Positions 31,418-40,165 of a DNA stretch of 64,000 bases are shown here, in pieces (position 1 is the stretch's first letter; the number at the start of each line of letters is the position of its first letter). The DNA comes from a virus, in IMG/VR virus record IMGVR_UViG_3300050343_000110; one strand, 5' to 3'. The notes under the pieces were generated by a model. It did no database searches and was not told where the DNA came from. It saw nothing but the letters and a program-made list of their open reading frames with translations. A program made the translations under genes and the position numbers.

Positions 31418-33268
31418 ATGGCCCTTGAGAACGTAGTAACATTCCCAAGTGCTGAGGAAAGTGGTCTTTCACACCTTGGCATTACAATTGACAAAAGATA
31501 GAGACAAAGATTTATCAGAACAAGCATACAAACTACTCAAGGACTATTATTGTAACGAAAATGAAAATTCACCACAACAGGCATATGCACGAGCAGCAGT
31601 TGCATATTGTGATGGACGATTTAGAACTTGCACAAAGAATTTATGATGCAGTATCCAAAGGTTGGTTCATGTTTGCATCACCAGTATTATCGAATGCACC
31701 AATGCCTGGGCAGAAAGCAAGAGCATTACCTATTTCGTGTTTTTTAACTTATGTACCAGATTCACTTGGAAGGACTTATTGACCACTCAGCAGAGTTGCG
31801 TTGGTTGTCAGTCAAGGGTGGTGGTGTCGGTGGACACTGGAGTGATATTCGTGCAATCTCTGACAAAGCACCAGGCCCGATGCCATTTCTTGCATACCGT
31901 AGATGCAGACATGACTGCATACAGACAGGGTAAGACAAGGAAAGGTTCTTACGCCGCATACATGGATGTATCACATCCAGACATCATTGAATTCTTAAAC
32001 ATGAGAGTACCAACTGGTGATGTGAACCGTAAGAACCTTAACTTGCACCATGCGATTAACATTACTGATTCGTTTATGCGAGCAGTAGAACGAAATGAGA
32101 TGGTGGGATTTGAAAGACCCTAATGATGACACAGTTCGTGAATCAATGCCTGCAAGGACGTTATGGCAACAAATTCTAGAAGTAAGATATCGTACAGGTG
32201 AACCATATCTAAACTTTATCGACACTGCTAATCGTGCAGCTTGCCACATACAATGAAAGCGAAAGGATTAAAGATTCATGGTTCTAATCTATGTAACGAA
32301 ATTCATCTACCAACATCTGAAGACAGAACTGCTGTATGCTGTCTTTCTTCAGTCAATTTGGAAAATATGACGATTGGAAAGACACACAAATGATTCGTGA
32401 CCTTGTTCGTTTCTTGGACAATGTACTACAGTTCTTTATTGACAATGCACCAGATGATATTAGTCGTGCAAGATATTCTGCTGACCACAAGAGCGTAGTC
32501 TATTGGTCTTGGTGCGATGGGTTGGCATTCGTCTCTTAAACAAGAAGAGAATTCCATTTGATGGTGGTCAAGCAAGACGTATGGAATGCAGTCAAGTGTT
32601 TCAACATATTCAAAAACAAGCAGTTGCAGAAGAGTCTTAGATGATGGGTATGATAAAAGGGGTGAGGCACCAGACATGGAAGGTACTGGTAGACGTAATG
32701 CACATCTACTTGCAATCGCTCCGAATGCAAACAGTTCTATTATCTGTGGTACTTCACCATCAATTGAACCATTGAAAGCAAATGCATATACACATAGAAC
32801 CAGAGCAGGGTCACACTTAGTAAAGAACAAGTATCTTGCAGAAGAACTTGATAAGATTGATAAGAATACAGATAGAGGTATGGAACGACATTATTACTAA
32901 TGGTGGTTCTGTACAACACTTAAAGTTTTTATCTGATGAGGTCAAAGAAGTTTTCAAAACTGCTATTGAAGTTGACCAGAATAAACTAGTAGAACAGGGT
33001 GGTGACAGACAAAGAATTCTTATGTCAAGGTCAATCCCTAAATCTATTCTTCCCTGCTGGTGCAGAGAAAAAGTATCTACATCAAGTACACTACAACGCA
33101 TGGAAGTCTGGTTGTAAAGGTCTTTACTATTTAAGAACTGAAACTAGTCAACGTGCAGAGAATGTATCTGAAAAGGTAGAAAGGAATGCATTGAAAGACT
33201 ATGAGTCACAAGCTGTTTGCGACATCACTGCACAATCGCAAGATGAGTGTGTAGCGTGTCAAGGGTAG
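31418..33268 (+). CDS. nrdA: Ribonucleotide reductase class I alpha subunit (many frameshifts)
   Basis: FASPVLSN, PISCF, GGGVG, GSNLCNEI, AIAPNANSS, SPSIEP, KGLYYLR, C-terminal CVACQG. Confidence 0.9.
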
Positions 33269-33546
33269 TTCAGTTAACAGACAGTGCAAGAGAATATTTA
33301 AAACAAGTAGGTAAACCAAACGTATCACTATCTGTAAAGGGTGGTGGTTGTTCTGGATTCCAATATGAGTGGGGGGTGACAGACAAATCTCCCACAATAG
33401 AAAATTTATGGTTAGACCCCATGGCAGAGATGTTTGTGTTTGGTTGTACAGTAGACTATGTAGAAGAACTAGGTGGTTCTTATTTAAAAGTAATTAACCC
33501 AAACGCAACTGCATCGTGTGGTTGTGGTGAAAGTTTCGCAGTTTAG
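33247..33546 (+). CDS. HesB/IscA-family Fe-S carrier protein (start uncertain)
   Basis: GGGCSGFQY, NPNATASCGCGESF. Confidence 0.9.
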   Translation: MCSVSRVVQLTDSAREYLKQVGKPNVSLSVKGGGCSGFQYEWGVTDKSPTIENLWLDPMAEMFVFGCTVDYVEELGGSYLKVINPNATASCGCGESFAV

Positions 33547-33558
33547 GAGAAAGAAAAA

Positions 33559-34809
33559 ATGGAAATAAGAGTAGTAAGTAAGTCAGATTGTCCTTTTTGC
33601 AAAATGGCAAAAACATGGTTTGAAGATCATGGATTCCCATATGAAGAAAATTTGATGGATAATGAAGAAGAAAGACTTGCATTCTATCAATCATTGACAA
33701 ATGGAGTCAATGAAATTGTAGGAAAGTCAGATAGAGTTCGTAGAGTAAATTCAGTACCACAGATTTTTATTGATGGTAAACGTATCGGTGGATATGATGA
33801 GTTGATGAAAATGGCTCCTGAGCTCTTGAAGAAGAGAAGTTCTGGTGGACTGATGAAGTTCTCAGAAACCTACAAACCATTTCATTATCCTTGGGCTGTT
33901 GAGATTACAACAAGACACGAGAAGGTACATTGGATTGAAGATGAATTAGATTTATCAGAGGACGTTGCAGATTGGAAGTCTGGTAAGGTTAGTGAAGTTG
34001 AGAAAGAATATATCACCAACATTCTAAGACTGTTTACACAGTCAGATGTTGCAGTAGGACAGAACTATTATGACCAACTTATTCCTAAATTCAAGAACAA
34101 CGAAGTACGCAATATGCTTGGTTCGTTTGCGAATAGAGAAGCTATTCACCAACGTGCATATGCACTTCTTAATGAGACACTTGGGTTATCTGATGCCGAG
34201 TATCACGCCTTTCTAGAATACCAAGAGATGGCAGACAAGATTGAGTTTATGATGGATAGTGATCCTAACACTGTTCGTGGACTTGGACTTGCAATGGCAA
34301 AGTCAGTGATGAATGAGGGTGTCGCTCTCTTTGCATCATTCGTGATGTTGTTGAACTTCCAGCGTTACGGTAAGATGAAGGGTATGGGTAAGGTTGTTGA
34401 ATGGTCAATCAGAGATGAATCAATTCACGTTGAGGGTATTGCAAGATTGTTCAAAGCATATTGTGCAGAACATCCTCGTATTGTTGACGATGAATTCAAG
34501 GGTATGATTTATGAGATGGCCAGACAGGCAGTCAAATTAGAAGATGCCTTTGTTGACCTTGCATATAAACTTGGTGACATTGAAGGACTAGAACAGGCAG
34601 AAGTAAAAGAGTATTGTCGGTATATTACAGACAGACGTTTGCTTCAACTAGGATTGAAACCAAACTTCAAGGTAAAAGAGAATCCTTTGACTTGGTTAGA
34701 GTGGGTACTCAATGGTGCAGATCATACCAACTTCTTTGAGAACAGAGTGACAGAATACGAAGTCGCTGGACTTAATGGTAAGTGGGATGACGTTTATGAG
34801 GCCGCCTAA
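33559..34809 (+). CDS. nrdB: Glutaredoxin-NrdB fusion (RNR beta subunit)
   Basis: CPFC..VPQIFIDG..IGGY, then EAIH, DESIH, NFFE.RVTEY. Confidence 0.95.
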   Translation: MEIRVVSKSDCPFCKMAKTWFEDHGFPYEENLMDNEEERLAFYQSLTNGVNEIVGKSDRVRRVNSVPQIFIDGKRIGGYDELMKMAPELLKKRSSGGLMKFSETYKPFHYPWAVEITTRHEKVHWIEDELDLSEDVADWKSGKVSEVEKEYITNILRLFTQSDVAVGQNYYDQLIPKFKNNEVRNMLGSFANREAIHQRAYALLNETLGLSDAEYHAFLEYQEMADKIEFMMDSDPNTVRGLGLAMAKSVMNEGVALFASFVMLLNFQRYGKMKGMGKVVEWSIRDESIHVEGIARLFKAYCAEHPRIVDDEFKGMIYEMARQAVKLEDAFVDLAYKLGDIEGLEQAEVKEYCRYITDRRLLQLGLKPNFKVKENPLTWLEWVLNGADHTNFFENRVTEYEVAGLNGKWDDVYEAA

Positions 34810-34817
34810 ATAAAACT

Positions 34818-34985
34818 ATGAGAAAAAAAGAAATACTATGCGAATCCTGTGAGGCAGTTTTCCGAATCCAGCATGACATGGAAGAACATTACTATTCTAT
34901 TAGTCATTGCCCGTTCTGTGGTGATGAACTAAATAGTAGTGAAGATAATGAGGATGACTTATATGATGAAGAAGATTTTTCGTAA
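34818..34985 (+). CDS. Small zinc-ribbon protein
   Basis: CESC...CPFCG with an acidic tail (55 aa, below the ORF-track cut-off). Confidence 0.65.
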   Translation: MRKKEILCESCEAVFRIQHDMEEHYYSISHCPFCGDELNSSEDNEDDLYDEEDFS

Positions 34986-35172
34986 AATCCCAGCAGGATT
35001 ACAGGTAGTTGGACTAGGTATAATTGCAGCAATATTCCATTGGAAAACAATTGCATTCTATATTTTTGTAACGGCCTGTTTCTTTTTGATGTTGGCAGAA
35101 CAAGGTATACTCGCCGCCCTGGCAGTTATACCTATTGCTTATGTGTTAGATAAATTAGGTAAGTTGTTTTGA
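34963..35172 (+). CDS. Small membrane protein
   Basis: Hydrophobic segments; start uncertain. Confidence 0.5.
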   Translation: MMKKIFRKIPAGLQVVGLGIIAAIFHWKTIAFYIFVTACFFLMLAEQGILAALAVIPIAYVLDKLGKLF

Positions 35173-35504
35173 AAACACACTCTGCAAAAGCAAAGGGTAG
35201 ACGACTCCAACAGTGGGTTCGTGACCAACTCATAGAAAAACTAGAAGTACATCCAGAGGATATTGAATCTAGAAGCATGGGTGCTGGCGGTGAAGATTTA
35301 ATCATGGCTCGTGCCGCTCGTGCAAAGTTCCCCTATTCAATTGAATGTAAGAATGTAGAGAAACTAAATGTTTGGGATGCATACTCTCAGGCAATAGAAA
35401 ACAGTGGTGACTATGAACCACTTGTTGTTATGAAAAAGAATGGAAAGAAACCTCTGGTGGTTGTTGATGCTGAGTACTTTGTAAAATTACATGATACAGA
35501 ATAG
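35169..35504 (+). CDS. Holliday junction resolvase-like PD-(D/E)XK nuclease
   Basis: KAKGRRLQ...GEDL...IECKN. Confidence 0.75.
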   Translation: MKTHSAKAKGRRLQQWVRDQLIEKLEVHPEDIESRSMGAGGEDLIMARAARAKFPYSIECKNVEKLNVWDAYSQAIENSGDYEPLVVMKKNGKKPLVVVDAEYFVKLHDTE

Positions 35505-35613
35505 GTGTGCGATTTTGTCACATCACCTATTCCAAAATAACTTCAATAAAAATGTCAACAAGACTGTCCTAGTCTTATAAATATCTGCGAAACCCCCCAA
35601 AGGAGTTGTAACT

Positions 35614-35676
35614 ATGTGGCCTTACACAGATGAGGAAGCGGAATACCTGAGCGTGCCGCCGACTAAACCCAACTAA
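35614..35676 (+). CDS. 20-aa leader-like peptide MWPYTDEEAEYLSVPPTKPN
   Basis: Late promoter at 35576, AAGGAG RBS, terminator immediately downstream. Confidence 0.5.
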   Translation: MWPYTDEEAEYLSVPPTKPN

Positions 35677-35678
35677 CT

Positions 35679-35703
35679 AGGGATGCTTTTTGCATCCCTT
35701 TTG
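35679..35703 (+). terminator. Intrinsic terminator
   Basis: AGGGATGC-ttttt-GCATCCCT followed by TTT. Confidence 0.65.
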
Positions 35704-35726
35704 TACTTTTAAGAGGAAGAAATATT

Positions 35727-35885
35727 ATGTCAAAATGGATTGCAAAATTGTTTGAACCAAAACATAATTCTAATGATATTGTACGTTTTGTTCGTACTGA
35801 ATATCGAAAGGATACAGAACACCTACACGATGTAGATGTTATCGCCTACTACAATAACTTAATGACAAAGAAAAGGAGAGCCTAA
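35727..35885 (+). CDS. Small hypothetical protein (DIVRFVRTEY)
   Basis: GAGG RBS; TAATG coupling to the next ORF. Confidence 0.6.
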   Translation: MSKWIAKLFEPKHNSNDIVRFVRTEYRKDTEHLHDVDVIAYYNNLMTKKRRA

Positions 35886-36088
35886 TGTCCATTGGACTAG
35901 TAATAAGATATACATATGAAGAAACTTGTGAAATTTGTGAACAAGTTGCCAAGTTTACAAAAGTTGTTTTCAGAGAATTTGATAGATTCTTTACACGAGT
36001 TGGATATGCAAGAGCAGCATCTGAACTTGCAAGACAAGGATATGTTAATGAAGCAAAAGCACTGATGTTAGAAAAGGATAAGATGTAA
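35885..36088 (+). CDS. Small hypothetical protein (GYARAASELARQGY)
   Basis: AGGAG RBS; coupled at both ends. Confidence 0.6.
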   Translation: MSIGLVIRYTYEETCEICEQVAKFTKVVFREFDRFFTRVGYARAASELARQGYVNEAKALMLEKDKM

Positions 36089-36219
36089 TGTTGAACTCTT
36101 TTATAAAATGGTGGAGTACAAGAGATGTTCGCAGAATCGAAAGTTACCTTGCATCTTCAACCGACCTAGTTGAACTAGAACGCAGACAACAGATGTTGGC
36201 ACGAAAAGGCATATATTAA
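36088..36219 (+). CDS. DUF3563-like small protein
   Basis: ESYLASSTDLVELERR motif. Confidence 0.55.
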   Translation: MLNSFIKWWSTRDVRRIESYLASSTDLVELERRQQMLARKGIY

Positions 36220-36223
36220 AGTC

Positions 36224-36254
36224 CGATTCGGCCACGATTCGGCACGATTCGGCA
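36224..36254. repeat. Tandem CGATTCGGC(C)A x3
   Basis: cgattcggcca-cgattcggca-cgattcggca, intergenic. Confidence 0.85.
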
Positions 36255-36296
36255 AACTATGTAACTAAATTCTATAAATCCCAAAAAATATGTCTT

Positions 36297-36326
36297 AGAA
36301 GCCCTTGATTTACAAGGGCTTTTTTT
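36297..36326 (+). terminator. Intrinsic terminator
   Basis: AAGCCCTTG-attta-CAAGGGCTT followed by a T-tract. Confidence 0.8.
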
Positions 36327-36341
36327 ATGCCAAAAAAGGCC

Positions 36342-36370
36342 TTGACTTGTTATGAAAACATTGGTATAGT
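36342..36370 (+). promoter_or_regulatory. Conserved early promoter TTGACTTGTTATGAAAACAwTGGTA
   Basis: Near-identical copies at 36342, 37496 and 42454; -35 TTGACT, 17 nt spacer, -10 TATAGT/TATTAT/TATGAT. Confidence 0.8.
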
Positions 36371-36401
36371 ATATGTATAGTCAAGAGAAAGAGAGAAACA
36401 A

Positions 36402-36665
36402 ATGACAGAGACAATTTTTATCGGTGCGAACAACGGTGGCCTTGAGATTTACAAAGGTGCTGGAAACTTGATTGCTGGAAACGTCCAGACTGCAAAGACT
36501 TTCAAATATGTGATGGATACTCATGGTATTGATGTTGACGATGACACCTTCTGGTACACAAGCAGCATGGACTTTGCAGATGAAGAAGGGTTCGCCCACT
36601 ATGACGATGCAAAGATACTTGCAGAAGAAGGTTTTAAATTAATGGAAATGACAAAGGCGTATTAA
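36402..36665 (+). CDS. Early hypothetical protein
   Basis: Directly after an early promoter; SSMDFA.E.GF. Confidence 0.65.
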   Translation: MTETIFIGANNGGLEIYKGAGNLIAGNVQTAKTFKYVMDTHGIDVDDDTFWYTSSMDFADEEGFAHYDDAKILAEEGFKLMEMTKAY

Positions 36666-36666
36666 A

Positions 36667-36900
36667 ATGAATATTGAGAAAGTTACAAATATGATGTGTG
36701 AGTTCGTTACCTATGTTGACGATTTCTATAATGAGAAGTCTGGTATCTATCCTATCAAGGGTATGACAGACATGATGGTTATCAAGGCTGTCCAGAAACA
36801 CGTTGCAAATGTTGGAATGGATTTCTGTGCCGACAGTGTTGATAGAGAATGGGTAAGGGATATCATCCTTGCTGATAACGATTTGAAATGGGGAGTGTAA
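36667..36900 (+). CDS. Early hypothetical protein
   Basis: FY..GIYP...DSVDRE.VRD. Confidence 0.65.
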   Translation: MNIEKVTNMMCEFVTYVDDFYNEKSGIYPIKGMTDMMVIKAVQKHVANVGMDFCADSVDREWVRDIILADNDLKWGV

Positions 36901-36902
36901 TT

Positions 36903-37140
36903 ATGGGTTATTTTTACCAAGATTGGAAAGAGAAAAAGATGTTTGTTGAGAATACAGACGGGTCAGTTCGTGATGAACTTTGGTGAGGCAGAGAAGTCAA
37001 TGATTCAGAATCTTGAAGATGCTGTCATCAATCTCACAGAGGGTGCTTCTGATGAGAAGAGAATGGCGATTGGATACATGGAGTATCTTGCCGACTGCCT
37101 GAAAAAAGGTAAACTTGAAGTTAAGTGGAACATTAGTTAG
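36903..37140 (+). CDS. Early hypothetical protein, EGASDEK family (probable frameshift near 36960)
   Basis: MGYFYQDWKEKK with GGGAG RBS joins QFVMNFGEAE...EGASDEKRMA. Confidence 0.55.
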
Positions 37141-37149
37141 GAGAATATT

Positions 37150-37482
37150 ATGGGATTGTTAGTAAACGTATATAAGACTGAAGGTCGTGATTGTACAAAT
37201 GGTGGTGTTTCCTCTAAGTGGAACATCAAAGGACTTTGTTTGATAAATGTGCCTGGGCCCTTTAACCCAAGTGAGGATTATCCTGCCGCACAGTTGGTAA
37301 AACAGAGTTTTTATTTTGGTGATAGTGTGAAGATTATCCCAGAAGAGTGTGAAGGTAAACAGACAATGATGGGTGGTAACTATGCCGCAACATCTGATAG
37401 TCGGTTCAGTGACGCCATTGCGGCACGACTTGGACACAACTTCTACGGTGCTGTTCCTATTCACGATAGGGTTGAATTTTAA
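37150..37482 (+). CDS. Early hypothetical protein
   Basis: DCTNGGVSS, MMGGNYAATSDSRF, VPIHDRVE. Confidence 0.7.
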   Translation: MGLLVNVYKTEGRDCTNGGVSSKWNIKGLCLINVPGPFNPSEDYPAAQLVKQSFYFGDSVKIIPEECEGKQTMMGGNYAATSDSRFSDAIAARLGHNFYGAVPIHDRVEF

Positions 37483-37722
37483 TTCAAAAAGCTATTGACT
37501 TGTTATGAAAACAATGGTATTATGTAATAGAAAGATGAGGAGAGATTTGGATGTGACAATATTCTAAGGACAAAAACAGTGCAAGTAGGTTCGCCCATAT
37601 GAATTGAAAGCTATGTCCACACAGGGTGATATGGGGCGCACTAGCTAAAAGACCTGACTAGTGTGACTGACAGTGATGCGACCACATTAAAAGCCAGGCA
37701 TTCTTTTTTGAGGAGATTTGTT

Positions 37723-37902
37723 ATGAATGACGTTTTAAATGATATTGAGGTTCTTGAGAATCTTGTGATTGCAATGAATGAAGGTGCATCTGATGAGAAG
37801 TTCATGGCACTTCATGCAGTAGAAAAACTTCTTATTGAGAAGAAGGATTTGGTTCAGAAGTTTGAAGAGGAGTTTGCAGATGATACGCAACAAGCAGCCT
37901 AA
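37723..37902 (+). CDS. Early hypothetical protein, EGASDEK family
   Basis: GAGGAG RBS before ATG 37723. Confidence 0.6.
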   Translation: MNDVLNDIEVLENLVIAMNEGASDEKFMALHAVEKLLIEKKDLVQKFEEEFADDTQQAA

Positions 37903-38095
37903 GGATGAAATCGTAATTGATTTGACTGGCCCAGATGGGAATGCATTTTCTTTGATGGCCAATGCACAGAATCTTGCCAAACAGTTGGGGTTCAATGGTA
38001 AGGAAATCGTTGATGAAATGACTACTGGCGACTATGAAAACCTTATTTCAGTGTTCGATAAATATTTCGGAGACTACGTTATATTGGAGCGTTAA
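37880..38095 (+). CDS. Hypothetical protein
   Basis: IDLTGPDGNAF.L...GDYENL..FD..FG. Confidence 0.65.
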   Translation: MIRNKQPKDEIVIDLTGPDGNAFSLMANAQNLAKQLGFNGKEIVDEMTTGDYENLISVFDKYFGDYVILER

Positions 38096-38309
38096 ATGAC
38101 AGGACTTGAATTTTCATTGGTGGCAACACCTATACTTGCTGGTTTTTTCTACTTTGGAAAACATCAGGGCAAGAAAGAAAAGATTGAACATATCATCGAC
38201 CCATACTTTGAATCAGTTAGAAAAGAACAATATGATTAAAGTATCGGTTGATAAAAAAACTGGCGAAAAAGAGATTTTGCCACTTGACAAATACCAAAAA
38301 GTTTGGTAA
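38096..38309 (+). CDS. Small membrane-anchored protein (frameshift near 38198)
   Basis: MTGLEFSLVATPILAGFFYFG joins TLNQLEKNNMIK. Confidence 0.5.
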
Positions 38310-38350
38310 TATATAAAGTAATGTGAGTGATTCGGAGAAAGGTTAAAGAT

Positions 38351-38494
38351 GTGATTTATGAAACTCTAGATGAAGCGGTTGAGGCCGCTCTAGTAATGTG
38401 TGATGCCCTAGAAACTGTTGTAAAGATTACAGAGTGCAAGGGTGGATATGAATTGTTTGGAACTGGAAAGTTTGTAAAGGAAATAACAGGATAA
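38351..38494 (+). CDS. Small hypothetical protein
   Basis: GTG start after a promoter at 38284; TAATG coupling. Confidence 0.5.
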   Translation: MIYETLDEAVEAALVMCDALETVVKITECKGGYELFGTGKFVKEITG

Positions 38495-38898
38495 TGAAAA
38501 AGACTTTAATGACACTAGCACTTATTGGTGCATCTAGTACTGCATATGCAGAGACAGTACAGGATTATAACAAACAGGTTATTAATCGTGTACCTTACAA
38601 TGTAGAGGTTTGTACTAACCAATCAGTGGGTGGCGATAAATCTGGTGATATGCTAAGAGGTGCTATCATTGGTGGTATTATCGGTAACAACGTAACTAAG
38701 AATGTAGAGAACGGCGGTGCTGTTGGTGCATTACTTGGTGGTATGTTTGGACATAGTAATTCCACGGCCACTGGTGGTACACAACGAGTGTGTAATGTAC
38801 AAACTCGTTATAATGAGGAATCTGTAACAGTCTACTCTCATAGTGTAGTAACATTCTACCATGAAGGTAAACAGTATAAACTAAGATTTCAAAAGTAA
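38494..38898 (+). CDS. Glycine-zipper 2TM exported protein
   Basis: Signal peptide; GAIIGGIIGN...GAVGALLGG. Confidence 0.75.
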   Translation: MKKTLMTLALIGASSTAYAETVQDYNKQVINRVPYNVEVCTNQSVGGDKSGDMLRGAIIGGIIGNNVTKNVENGGAVGALLGGMFGHSNSTATGGTQRVCNVQTRYNEESVTVYSHSVVTFYHEGKQYKLRFQK

Positions 38899-38912
38899 CT
38901 AGTTGAGCGAAT

Positions 38913-38990
38913 CTGTCCGTAGCTCAGCTGGATCAGAGCAACAGCCTTCTAAGCTGTGGGTCGCAGGTTCGAGTCCTGCCGGACAGGCCA
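38913..38990 (+). tRNA. tRNA-Arg(UCU)
   Basis: Acceptor CTGTCCG/CGGACAG, anticodon arm ACAGC-CT TCT AA-GCTGT, GGTTCGAGTCC, encoded CCA. Confidence 0.95.
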
Positions 38991-39006
38991 ACTAACTGAG
39001 GAAAGT

Positions 39007-39258
39007 ATGTATAATAAAAGGAACAAAAGAAAACAAGAAAAACCACTTGGTGGCATGACAGTTATAGTTCGTAACGATGATGTCAATGGTGCATTGCGAG
39101 TCTTGAAAAAGAAACTTCTAAAGGAAGGTCTTTTCCAAGAAATGCGAGAGCGTTCATTCTATGAGAGTAGAGGAACAAAGAAAAGAAAAGCAAAAGCTGC
39201 TGCAACTAGACGATACAAACGTAAGATGCAGAAGCGTATGGAAGAACTTGGTTATTAA
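39007..39258 (+). CDS. rpsU: Ribosomal protein bS21
   Basis: V.VRNDDVNGALRVLKKKL..EG.F.EMR.R.FYE...K.KAAA.RR. Confidence 0.9.
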   Translation: MYNKRNKRKQEKPLGGMTVIVRNDDVNGALRVLKKKLLKEGLFQEMRERSFYESRGTKKRKAKAAATRRYKRKMQKRMEELGY

Positions 39259-39268
39259 GAGGTGAATC

Positions 39269-39778
39269 ATGGCACGGCGTGCTAAAGTGGAGACTGACTC
39301 AACACTACCTAAAACTCGTAAAAGACGTAAACCGATGACTGTCGAACAGAAGGCAGCCGCCGCAGAACGTCTTGCGATTGCACGAGAGAAACGTGCCAAA
39401 GCAAACCCACCAAAATATACAAACATCCATCATACTGTGGTTGCTCTTGATGAAGAACACATCATGTCTATGAAGAATGTTCAACGATGGATTAAGACAC
39501 AGAAAGAACTGTTGTCAATTGCAAAGAGTGATGTTAGACGTAAGGTAAAGGGTGCAGAGGCTCGTGTTGCTTCTCACGAAGGATACATTCGTAATCTTCA
39601 TAGGTATCTTAGGGATGGTGATTACTGTGATAGTTTCTACGGCGAACATCAACAACACAAATGCAAATTAGTTTGTAGAGTTATGGCGTACAATCCTGAT
39701 GGTACACCAAAGAGAAGTGTGGGTGTCTGGTATCCAGACATTGGCTGCACTTGGACAAGGGAAATGGAAAATGAGTGA
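39269..39778 (+). CDS. Conserved T4-like hypothetical protein
   Basis: RKPMT.EQ...ERLA.AREKR; YLRDGDY..FYGE. Confidence 0.7.
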   Translation: MARRAKVETDSTLPKTRKRRKPMTVEQKAAAAERLAIAREKRAKANPPKYTNIHHTVVALDEEHIMSMKNVQRWIKTQKELLSIAKSDVRRKVKGAEARVASHEGYIRNLHRYLRDGDYCDSFYGEHQQHKCKLVCRVMAYNPDGTPKRSVGVWYPDIGCTWTREMENE

Positions 39779-40163
39779 GAACGACAATGGAAAGATTATT
39801 CAGTTTCCAACGAAACTAAAATCTCATGGAGATGTAAAGATAAGTGATAAGGCAATCAGATTGCATACTGATTTGAAATTTGCAGAACATCTTTGTGAAG
39901 GCCTCGTTGTAAACATGATTGCAAATATGAACGAGAATGGAATGGATACAGAAAATCCAGAATTCATTAAAGATATAGGTTTTATGATCGAGGTTGTAAA
40001 GGCGACTATCTATAGAGACATGGGTGTAAAACATCCTATGCAAGAACTTGTTGACATTTTTGTACTTTCGGAGTATGATGAGACTCAAGGAATTTACACT
40101 GAGTTTGATTTGGATTTGGTGAAAGAAGTTATTAATGAAATAGCAGGAGATGAAAAAGATTAG
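39771..40163 (+). CDS. Hypothetical protein
   Basis: IIQFP N-terminal motif; HPMQ. Confidence 0.6.
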   Translation: MSENDNGKIIQFPTKLKSHGDVKISDKAIRLHTDLKFAEHLCEGLVVNMIANMNENGMDTENPEFIKDIGFMIEVVKATIYRDMGVKHPMQELVDIFVLSEYDETQGIYTEFDLDLVKEVINEIAGDEKD

Positions 40164-40165
40164 TT

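Noticed and set aside
31000-33020. Pseudogenised primase and nrdA
   Set aside because: These are essential genes with intact catalytic motifs; the dense mixed indels indicate a low-quality read segment
36224-36254. CRISPR array
   Set aside because: Units are 10-11 nt with no spacers and there are no cas genes; the 48055 exonuclease lacks the Cas4 Cys cluster
38956-39006. N-terminal extension of bS21 in the ORF track
   Set aside because: It overlaps the tRNA-Arg; ATG 39007 has a GAGGA RBS
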